Made by a program: the position numbers and the translations under genes | NCBI GenBank assembly: GCA_030141605.1 | Contig: JAQGDQ010000247.1 | Span: 186,001 to 250,000, forward strand | Length of the DNA stretch: 64,000 nt | Direction: 5' to 3' | DNA from: Tubiluchus corallicola | Lineage: Eukaryota > Animalia > Priapulida | The notes under the pieces: generated by a model | Databases searched by the model: none | Told to the model about the DNA's origin: nothing | What the model saw: only the letters and a program-made list of their open reading frames with translations | Part shown: positions 1 to 9,785 of the stretch, in pieces | Position numbering within the stretch: the first letter of the stretch is position 1 | Layout of the letters: every line of letters starts with the position of its first letter

Positions 1-3000
1 CCACCAGACTGCAACAGAACAGACACGTGAACTGCATTAATCAGTCAAAACGAAAGTTAGGTGAACAATTTAAACAAATTTCCCAAATTGAAGCTAGCAT
101 TATGAATGATAGAGCAAAAGCCTAAAAACGATTTCAACTGCTATTCCTTTTGAAAAACTATTTTGATAGTCATTCTAAAGCGACCAATTACCTAATAAGA
201 GGTTTAGCAATATGCGTCATTACAAAAGTACTTTTATCTTCTTGGCCACTTGGAAAATGTACTATGCTATGCAGTGGCATAGAAATAAGATGGATAGTAA
301 GAAAATGGAAGACCTACTGTTCTGTCGGCAAACTACCACACAATTACTAACAATGTTGGACAAACAATGGGCCTCTCTTAACAAACGGCAGTTTCTTCAA
401 GCCGAATAGAGCATATTCAAAATATTAATGTCTATAATCACGGATAGTTAATTTAGATTTGAATGAGTGATCTTTTTGGTGTTTCATTACAGCAAAGATG
501 CAAACAGCTTGACTAGGAATATTCTGGAACTGAAGACACATGTAATTGATAATAATTTGCATTCCCATGTTGAAAAAGTTACAGCAGAGCAGGAAGATAT
601 GAGCTTCATGCCAAAATGAAAAGAAAATGATAATAATACAGTTTTTATTTCTCATTTTTCAGCATCTCCTTTTTCCAAATCATTACCCACAATGGGTAAT
701 AACTGGTAAAATAAGCCGCAATGGTTTATAAAAATTCTGGCAATCACAGTCATAATTAATTAATGATATCGCTAGTGGCTAGCTAATTTGGGAAAGTATT
801 GATACCGTATTGCCAATACGTACAAAAAGTTTTCAGCAATAGAACATAAATCGTATTTTAGTACCCAGTTGTACAAGATAGGATGCTCTACTGTTACACA
901 TGTTTTGCTATAATATCTAAACTTACTTAAAAATTAAGATACTTCACTTATCAGCTAAATTACGGAATGTGTATGGAGCGAAATGTCTTACTGGTATGAT
1001 GAAATTTTTCAAAGGTGGAAGTTTTTCGGTATATGCATCAATCCACTGTTCCAAATCATTCACGTGACCCACACTAAACTGAGTTTTTTCTGTAAGAGAA
1101 ACAAACCAGATTTGTATGCTTAATAAACAAAAGTAAACCATTAGATTTACTCATCCATAATTAACAAAAATGCACTGAAAAAATAGCAAAACCATACTTA
1201 TTATTCAAGTAGTATGCAAATATTATTCTACGATTCTAATACTATAACGTCTCAATCAACGTATTTCAGATTTGTTTCTTCCTTTGCAGACCTAACAGTG
1301 CTAGCTTCCAAAACTGCCGCCTCAAAATTTTTTGGCAGTCAGTTACTAAGACACCTATTTTTCTCATATATAGGTTTTCTTGCTTCCCATAACTTACAAA
1401 ATTTGGATTCTCTCTGATCTTTTGAGTAAAACTCGAGTAAAACTTTTGTTTAATAACAGAATCTGGACATTAGCATGTACAACTGACAGATTACCCATTA
1501 CTAGGTCAGGGTTCAACTCAACATCATCTGGTAATAGTAACAAACACCTTAAAAACAGGGGCTTACATTTACAAATAATTGATAAAGTAGTAATGGAATA
1601 AACGAATGGAACAGGCAAGCTTGCACATAAAATAGTAGTCAGGATAGGAATTAACATTACATCAAATGCTAGTTGTGCAGAAAAACACACATCTACATGG
1701 CTAAAATTATAAAATGACTAATGCAGGATTTGAGACATGCAATTACAGGAACGATTATAAAACAATGGCATAAAAAAGGACAAACCCAATCTAATAGTTC
1801 TGACAGCAAAAAATTAGGCTTAGTGGGGCACACAATCATGGGTGACAAGAGCTTATAACACCACTATGATAGCAGCTTACTGATATGTGCTTCCCTGGCT
1901 TGGCTCAATGGTGTAGCTACGGTAGATCCGACATCCTGTAGAACACATTGTATTTTTTCCAGCTCATTTACAAAGCAATGTTCCTTTTCCTTGCAAAATT
2001 CCATGGCCAGACTGGAAAAATGACGCACTTATGAATGTATCAGATATGAGAAATCGTTAAAACAGGTACTGAAGGGGTTGGAACTTGCCAAGAGAGTAAT
2101 TAATCTCTTCCAGTTCAGTCCACTTTCCCTTCCCCAGTACAGGAAGTTCCTCTAAAAGATGTGAATTAGTGTGAATTAAATGTTTCTCATTAAAAAAAGA
2201 ATACCCATTTTTGAATAATTAATGGTTAATAGGTGCAAGAAAATTTTTTATATCTAAAATGCTTAATCTGCTTGCAGAATGAGGTGGCCTTGCAGCTGAG
2301 GTGGTCACACCACTGCTCGTTTCTGCTTTACGACCCTTTTAACCAGAGTGGTTACTGACTAATGCTTCATCGTTTAAACATTGACCGAAATGCCAAATAT
2401 TAGGTTACTCGCTTATTGAGTTTTTCTGCATAACTGCCTGCGTACGTCATTTAGATTTTTAAAATGCCATTTACCGTTGACAATAACCTGTTTTTTTTTG
2501 CAAAAATTTATAACATACAGTAACTCTATTGTGACCGTCACAATATAAAAACTGGCTAAAAACTAATTACATGAACAATGGGAACAATAAGAACACCTGT
2601 ATCATGGAGAAATATACCTCTTTATAGAGTTACTTTGCAAGCAAGAAACTGAAAAAGATACACCAACTTGTAAAAAAGAAAACAGGTTTTTCAAATACTC
2701 AATAGTGCAAAGGCACGTGTGCAAGTTCACAGGCTATGAATTTTTGCAAAATTTATTGACTGACAGCCTAATGGCACATGAAGTTTCAGGAAAATGTGTC
2801 CTATTAAATTTCTTTATTTCTGGAAGATTCTGTATCCCTTTACATCAGGCGTACCCTATAGATGAAGCAAGCTCATCAACAGTTCCCAAAGCTTCAAAAA
2901 TCTGATCATCCTTGTCTCTTCTTTCACCAGTAAACAACACTGATGTACCTAAAATAAACACAAACAAGTATAAGATGGAAGTATGGCAATACTTTATTTT

Positions 3001-3446
3001 TTACATAATCATATATTTCTTATTGTCAAAGAGACAAAAAACCTTTAGCCACAGTAACCACTGATAAAGAGGTCTCAGGAAGAAATAAATGGCATACAGG
3101 TGGTATACTATGTATTGAAGATGAAATACATAGAAATTTTATTAATGTACAATGAAATACATGCAATAGGACAATGCTATGTACTAATAAGCAAAAGCAT
3201 AAAATGTACCACATTAATAAGCGAATTAACAAGTATTTTTTATATATGTTTGAACAATATCAAATATAACTTTGGTATTTACCTACCTTTATCCCCTGTC
3301 TTGGTATAGATTTTAGGCGTTCTGTGGTTGTTTGAACTGAAAAATCAAAGTACTATAAACAAATGAAAAATTTACTCTAAACCATTAATGTTATCTCGCA
3401 AAGTACTCCAGTTTACAATTACAAAAAATGGAACTTACTCTGACAT
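1..3446 (-). CDS. MMAB: Cob(I)alamin adenosyltransferase (PduO-type, MMAB); spliced, 3' end runs off the window start
   Basis: Exons read by hand with GT-AG boundaries and compatible phases: 3446-3439 (ATG TCA GA), 3336-3287 ([16 protein letters not shown]), 2948-2855 ([32 protein letters not shown]), 2011-1881 ([43 protein letters not shown]), 1089-992 ([32 protein letters not shown]), and 8-1 (SGG...). [10 protein letters not shown], GxxDEL and LPPLxxFIxPSGG are PduO/MMAB signatures. The start codon is uncertain. Confidence 0.93.
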
Positions 3447-4282
3447 AATAGCACTCTAGCAAAAATAAGGAGCAATATACATAAAGTTGTCAGTAAAACA
3501 GAGAATGCCAATAGACCGAGGGCAGTGTCATATATTTTGCAGGTAAACTCTTAGTTTACTCATCCATAACCTTTAGTCTCTCACTCAACTAATCTTTACC
3601 ACTTCAAGACTAGGCTATCATAACTGTGTCTCTCTCGGGTGGTAACACAGAAACACTAGCAAGTTAAATAAAAATATACGTGTGTGTTTTCAAAACTGTA
3701 AGAAAAAAAACATAACAGTAGCATATGAATTAATATTTTCACAGTTTGATGGCGAGGGTGTGGCAGAGTGGATAAGTCATAGGGCTTCATGTGGCTAGCA
3801 TTTTTCAGTAACTCACTCCTGATGGTATGACTCATAAATCTGAACATTTTGCCTCATAGAGAGAGAGGATGTAAAATAACTCTGAACGTGACGAAGACAC
3901 CTCCACTGGTTTAATGGCTCATCCTTGATGAGTCAGGGGATCTGGTCACACTGCAGACATTTTGTTGAGTAGCCCTGCCTTTTTTACCAAAATGCAGAAA
4001 AACGTAACTGGGGCGAAATGTCCCATATATCCAATGGGTATGCCTCCTAACTTCCACAGCACAGTAGTTTGCCCTTTAGCTCTCTAGGAAAAAAGGTTCT
4101 AATCATACTCATTGGACAATGAATCCAAATAGTATAGAACACAGCTACACGTACATAGTCTAAAGTGAATATAACTATCTAGAACCAATATTTTGCATTT
4201 AATGATTCATTTCGAAAAAATAGCAGCAAAAATAACTGTTGCAGAATTGAATTATCCATATTTGGCAAGTAGATGTAACTAC

Positions 4283-4351
4283 ATCAAAATGGAATTTATT
4301 GCTGATTGGTTTCGAACGTTCAAAACCGGTCGGCAATAAATTCCATTTGAT
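4283..4351. repeat. Imperfect palindrome/hairpin of about 69 bp
   Basis: ATCAAAATGGAATTTATTGCTGATTGGTTTCGAAC is followed by GTTCAAAACCGGTCGGCAATAAATTCCATTTGAT, centred on AACGTT. Confidence 0.85.
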
Positions 4352-4999
4352 ACACTAACTATTGCCTTTGTTAGAATTAACACAAAAATTTTGTATAATG
4401 TAATTTAGCCAAAATTTCATTTACGGTTATTTTCAGAAAATTCCAAAATCTACTAAATTGAAAAACACTTACATTGTAGCATAACATTGGAGTTCATGCA
4501 AATAACACCAGTAATACAATTAAATGAGTGTGTATCAAGAACAACAACAGCACTCAAATTACAGGAGCCAATTGTAGCTATTTCAAATCAAAGCAAATAC
4601 AATAACATGCCATTTTACATCTTGGTTTATTAGTTTGACATTTATTTAAAGTTTAAAGTAAAAAAAAATACAGCTCCACATATCACGAACCTCAATCAAA
4701 ATGAATTATATTTGATTCATTTCGAATAAAACATAAAATACAAAAATTTGAAATAATGTACATGCTGTTTTGCAAAGTTTATACACAGTCAGTGATTAAG
4801 TGTCGTGCAGGACTTTTTACTAATTTTACTAAACCTATAACATTCTGTACTAATAGATAGAAAGAACAAATAGTGACAAAAATTACAGTTACATTTATGT
4901 CTAAAATGTTAATTTTCTATTATATTCACATATGTATCCCCCTCTTCTTGCTTAATTCGAAAAAGTAACATCTGTATAATTAATTTCGGTGGTACCTGG

Positions 5000-5018
5000 A
5001 TATATATATATATATATA
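5000..5018. repeat. (TA)n microsatellite
   Basis: About nine TA units, with further short TA runs at about 5030-5041 and 5110-5130. Confidence 0.9.
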
Positions 5019-5040
5019 AATATGTAGCCATATATATATA

Positions 5041-5773
5041 TTGCCGTCACGATCTAGTGTCACCTCACTGATTCACTGATTGTTCATTTCACGAATCAGG
5101 GCCACCGGGGATATATGTGTACATATATATGAAATCAAATCAAGTTTATTTTTCTCTATACCATTTCGAGAATGTATACATGTAATAAAAATATACAAAC
5201 ATAATTAGAGTAATAAATGTGTTAATAAAGTAAATATAAAGTCAACGAGATAGGGTAGTGAATTGACTAAAAAGTCATCAAGTCAGCCATCCTTTATTTG
5301 GCAATGAGATAGGTTAATTTGAGCACTGATTAACATGGCAGATTAAACAATGATGTAAAGTTGTTTGTTAAATAATTGTAGATAATTTTCATTTGTATAA
5401 ATTTTATATGTTTTTTATATATGTTATCAACTTATTTGCATCAATATTAAATATATAAGTAAAGCATATTTAAAAAAAGAGTGAAAGTGAACAAAATTAA
5501 TGACAATGTTTTGAAAATGCCCCATAGTATGACCTTTAGTAGAACTAGAAACACAATTTCATACAATAATAATAAAAATGATAACAATGTTCTACATACA
5601 ACATCATTACTGTACAGTAATATAATATTACTGTGCAACAATATGATGATTGTACTATTATAATAATACAATATTATATTGTATTATATTGTATATAATA
5701 TATATTGTCGTCTTGATCTAGTGTTATTTCATTGTTTCACTGATAGTTCATTTTACGAATTAGGGTCACTGGG
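5041..5773. repeat. Two diverged direct copies of a ~70-bp element (5041-5110 and 5705-5773)
   Basis: TTGCCGTCACGATCTAGTGTCACCTCACTGATTCACTGATTGTTCATTTCACGAATCAGGGCCACCGGG versus TTGTCGTCTTGATCTAGTGTTATTTCATTGTTTCACTGATAGTTCATTTTACGAATTAGGGTCACTGGG; each follows a TA-rich run. Confidence 0.8.
5131..5295 (-). mobile_element. Probable 3' tail remnant of a non-LTR retroelement (LINE/SINE)
   Basis: A short AAATC repeat and TTTATT (AATAAA on the minus strand) lie next to GGTAGTGAA..GAC..CAAGTCAGCCATCC. A related arrangement occurs at 25920-26075. Confidence 0.4.
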
Positions 5774-6068
5774 AAAAACGGGGCGAAAAACCAAAAATGG
5801 CCCTTTTTTGCACGTTTTTCGCAAAACTTATACCTCTTGTTTCTACAGAACAGGAATGCGCCAGGCATAGTGCCTATAATGGTTGGATAGCCTGTTCAAT
5901 GGTGGATGTTATAGGCACATTTAGATTTCAAGCGAGGGCCACGGCCTCCCGCAATTGTTTTTTTAACAAATAACAAGATTAATTTAGTAATTAACCTATT
6001 CTAAACCTGTTCACAAAAATGTAACAACCAAATGTACATTCTATCAGAAATGCAAAAGTTTTGAAATT

Positions 6069-8276
6069 TCAAACAAAATTACGTTTAATCGTGTCCATCC
6101 ATTCTTCCTTAAAAACATGTTCACCAAAATGTCGAACATTGATCTTGTTTTTAAGAAAAAAATACCACTGACTGCAAGTCATTTCACTGTTTGTTGTAAT
6201 TTCCACTGCTGGGCCACCTGCTTTTATGCCAAGTATGTTAGGCCAATCCATTGTGCACAGTTTTTTGCAAACTGCTTTAGCTGTCTGTGTATCTTCTTCT
6301 GTATTCTCTTCAGTTAATGAAGCTCTATCATGGATCTCATAAATTTGACTGCTGCTTTCATGCATAGTCGTACCATGTTCAGGAAAGTGGAATTTCCCTT
6401 GGCTGGAATTAACTGTGATGCGCCGAAGACTGTTGGACAAACTGTAGTGAATGTAACGATCAAATGATGGCGCTTCTAAACAAATAGATTCCAAAGGAGG
6501 GCCAAGTGTTGGGGTTCCCAAAATAGCCTTGGTATCCGAATGACTTGCGATAGGTACATCTGCAGGCGCAGAAGGTAAACTTAAGAGGGGTGCATTTACC
6601 ATTCCATGAAGCAATATTTTTGTCCGTAAAGGTGACGGCCAAGCACTGGGCCACATGCAAGAACTTAAACAAAGTCTAATTCTATGACCCTTTCTAAAAA
6701 TGTAGCCAACCGACTGCAGCGTAACATCAATATTATACAACTTCTTGCATAGTAGTGGCGATATTTCTGAATTCACGTCAGTCACTGCTTGGTTTAGATT
6801 TGTAGTCTGAAATGAAACTCTGAAAGATTGCCCATTTGGAAAGACATCACAGAGTTTTACAGCAAGCATGGCAGTAGGCGAATTCTTCACCGAAAACGTC
6901 ACTGTCAGCTTTGGAAAACCAAGCAGTAGAATATCGCTTTGCAAACACTGTGACTCAAAACTAGTAAATAATGAATCTGACAGCTGCTGATCACTGGCTA
7001 GATCTGACGCAGTTCCGTGTGAAATCCACTCACCATACCACAATCCACAAGATAAATTGCCACTGACTGGTATACTCTCAATAGCCTTTAGTGAAGGAGT
7101 CGTCTCCAGTTTCATAGAATCTAAATTTAAGTAAAACTTGCAAGAAGACGTATCACATGGCCAATGCTGAAGATCAATCCAAATTCCTGGCCAGTAAGAA
7201 ACAGATGGCGATGGTGGCACACCATCAAGGAGATAAACACGAAATTTTGGCATGCTCATAACACCATTTTCAAGACCTTTAAGATGGTAATCCCACCACT
7301 GCAAGCACAAACCAAGAAAATCAATATTTGGTTCAGGGTTACAGATATCTGGCCATTCATGTGGCCATGGGCCAATAAGTCCTCTAACTACTGAAAGATT
7401 TTCAACCATTCGGAAAACTGCATCAGTGTAAGCATCTACCCAGCCACCAATAGCTAATACCGGACATGTGACCTTGGAATAATTTTCACAGATTGAGCCA
7501 TGTTTCCAGAAATCATCATAACTCTGATGCTGTAACCAGTCTCTTGCCCAGCATTTACTTTTACATGTTTCTCCAAGACGAACCATCCAAGTTCTATAGA
7601 AAGTTTCATAAGAAATGAATTCCGGGTGAGGAGGCAGAGCATTCCACAAAAACATTTGTGCTGCCCACTCCAACATTTCATGGCCAATGACACAACCATC
7701 TTGGTAGTGACAATCTGTCATGAAGCGGTTGTCTGTGGAGTACAATGAAATGACAGCCTTTAGTTCTGGCGGCTGAAGATAAGCCAGCTGGAGTCCGTTG
7801 AAACCACCCCAGCTTTTACCATACATACCCACATTCCCATTTGACCAGGACTGCTTAGCAAGCCAAGTGATTATTTGTAAACAGTCTGTCTGTTCCTGTT
7901 GCAAATACTCCCCATGGTAAAAACCATAAGAATCACCAGATCCGCGCATGTCAACACGAACACTAACATAACCATGAGAAGCAAACCAAGTGTGTCTCCT
8001 GTGGTCCCTGTCAGCTGTACTATCAGACTTTCTGTATGGCAAGTACTCCAAGATAACTGGATACCTATCTTCAAAATTGCATGGTTTTTCCTCGTTCAGT
8101 GCCAGATATATGTTGGTATCTTCAAAATCAGTGCCAGTCAAGTTTTCTCTTGGGAAAAAAAATTTCATTGCAATCCTGACACCATCTTGCAAAGTTATAA
8201 AATGATTCTTTATAACGCTTACTCCATGTGATCCAAATCCATAATGCTCTTGCCTTTTAACGTAAGGTACTGCCAT
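6069..8276 (-). CDS. CocE/NonD family serine hydrolase (peptidase S15 / X-Pro dipeptidyl-peptidase-like, C-terminal PepX_C-type domain); single coding exon, 735 aa
   Basis: The ORF is uninterrupted. Motifs: YLPYRK, GYVSVRVDMRGSGDSYG, nucleophile elbow GMYGKSWGG (GKSWGG at 7803-7820), GGWVDAY (acid) and GPWPH (His). The first ATG is at 8276 (MAVPYVK), downstream of a splice acceptor TTTCTGTTGCAG at 8349-8350; the track's 8339 start is a TTG. Confidence 0.9.
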   Translation of the reverse strand: MAVPYVKRQEHYGFGSHGVSVIKNHFITLQDGVRIAMKFFFPRENLTGTDFEDTNIYLALNEEKPCNFEDRYPVILEYLPYRKSDSTADRDHRRHTWFASHGYVSVRVDMRGSGDSYGFYHGEYLQQEQTDCLQIITWLAKQSWSNGNVGMYGKSWGGFNGLQLAYLQPPELKAVISLYSTDNRFMTDCHYQDGCVIGHEMLEWAAQMFLWNALPPHPEFISYETFYRTWMVRLGETCKSKCWARDWLQHQSYDDFWKHGSICENYSKVTCPVLAIGGWVDAYTDAVFRMVENLSVVRGLIGPWPHEWPDICNPEPNIDFLGLCLQWWDYHLKGLENGVMSMPKFRVYLLDGVPPSPSVSYWPGIWIDLQHWPCDTSSCKFYLNLDSMKLETTPSLKAIESIPVSGNLSCGLWYGEWISHGTASDLASDQQLSDSLFTSFESQCLQSDILLLGFPKLTVTFSVKNSPTAMLAVKLCDVFPNGQSFRVSFQTTNLNQAVTDVNSEISPLLCKKLYNIDVTLQSVGYIFRKGHRIRLCLSSCMWPSAWPSPLRTKILLHGMVNAPLLSLPSAPADVPIASHSDTKAILGTPTLGPPLESICLEAPSFDRYIHYSLSNSLRRITVNSSQGKFHFPEHGTTMHESSSQIYEIHDRASLTEENTEEDTQTAKAVCKKLCTMDWPNILGIKAGGPAVEITTNSEMTCSQWYFFLKNKINVRHFGEHVFKEEWMDTIKRNFV

Positions 8277-9194
8277 TATAAAATGTTCAATTTTTGAGAT
8301 AACTACATATATGGCTATTTCGTGCAAGTCATTCTTCAACTACCCTAGCTGCAACAGAAATAAAATGCTCAAATTTTAAAACAAAATATGACAATCCTAC
8401 TAGATGCATTTGTTAGCATTCATTAGTCAGTGAGTCAGTCTACCTGTCATTAAATTGGTAAAATTAAAGATGTGTACAGTGTCAACTGGTCTAAACCAGG
8501 TGGTTATCAAAAAAGAGCTCATGTCTTTGAAGAGTACACTTCAAAAATCAATTGGCCAACATACCTTATTTTACACATATGAATTTTACAGTGAGACAGA
8601 TTAATAAGTTGCTAGGCTAACTATAATAGACACGTAGCATATCTAACTATGAACATAGTTGCCAGGGTAGTAGTGAAGATGGTATATAAATTGATAAAAG
8701 TACAATGGTCATATTTACTTTGGCAACTATTTATTGCACTTGTAATGCAACAGTTTGCCAAAACCCATGGGTTTGTTTATACTTAAATAAATTTATGAAG
8801 ATTGCAAGTTACACTTAGAAATGTGATTCAAAAACTGGAACTTCAGAGCTACAAAAACAATGACAATAACCACTAACAATTACTTCTCAAATTAGCTGGC
8901 AATTAACTATATCATTTTAACTAGTAGTAGTAATAAGACTATGAACTGTGAATGCTAGAATGTTGATAAGCCATTGCGGTTTATTATTTTGAATAAGGGG
9001 CAGCTGACCAAGTGACCAATAGGTCTTTCGCTGCTCCTTCTCGGCTACAATGAAACATAAAAATAATTAAGATGAATTTTAAACTGCTATTGAGAAAATA
9101 AATAAAATTGAATTGAAAATGAATTGAAAAATTTTACAATAATTATTACACAGTATCCATTGCTGTTTTTCAGCGTCTCCTTTCTTTCTTCGAC

Positions 9195-9590
9195 TCATTA
9201 CCTGAAATGCTGACTGTTTTGTTGCACGACCAATCAGATTATCTCACCACGTGCTCACCGTTATGGTAAGCACTTGGCTGTTTTAACTATCGTCTCACTC
9301 ATTGGCACTTCTGCAACTTAACAGCTATGTGCGATACCCGTGTACTTAATATTCGAACGAATAGCAAAGGTCTTATTTGTCATTACCTGCAGCGCCTTAC
9401 TGGATTTCTTGTCGGTGCTAAGCCTGCATTTCTGCGTAAATATTTGCAAAGAAACGCCAAGGAATAAAATTGAACAGGCGCAGACATTTTAGCAAGCGCA
9501 TAATCGCGCAAAATCTGTCCGCTGTGATGCACCATTCAAGTGCCTTGTCGCATACACAGCGCAGCGTGAGCGATTTCATAACTGAGCGAA
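9195..9590 (-). promoter_or_regulatory. Putative promoter/5'-UTR exon region of the CocE-like gene
   Basis: A locally CpG-rich patch with an NF-Y-type CCAAT box (GACCAATCAG, about 9228-9237), an E-box CACGTG (about 9248), and minus-strand donors CAG|GTAATG at about 9200 and 9385. Confidence 0.4.
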
Positions 9591-9699
9591 ACATTAGTCA
9601 TAATTAATTATTATAACCCTAATGTCAAGATCATTATTAATGATGTAAAAACTTACAAATAAATTTTGATTCTAAGCTTGAAAGATAATTAAGAAATAT

Positions 9700-9785
9700 T
9701 TTAAAGTTGGCATACATTCAGGATTTGAACGAGGGACCATGTTCTTATAATGTAAACACCTTACACCCACGAAAACTCCAAGTAA
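9700..9785 (-). mobile_element. Degenerate tRNA-derived SINE-like head
   Basis: The minus strand has a B-box-like GTCCCTCGTTCAAATCCTG with a weak A-box-like sequence about 40 nt upstream; no complete cloverleaf. Confidence 0.3.

Noticed and set aside
3543-3569. Hammerhead ribozyme or cobalamin riboswitch in MMAB
   Set aside because: GATGA plus a stem resembles the hammerhead core, but CTGATGA and the following GAAA are missing. I could not recognise a B12-box.
6069-8339. Bacterial contaminant sequence
   Set aside because: It is contiguous with spliced eukaryotic genes, has an upstream splice acceptor, and shows no operon context.
9700-9785. tRNA gene
   Set aside because: Only a B-box-like arm is present, with no acceptor or anticodon stems.
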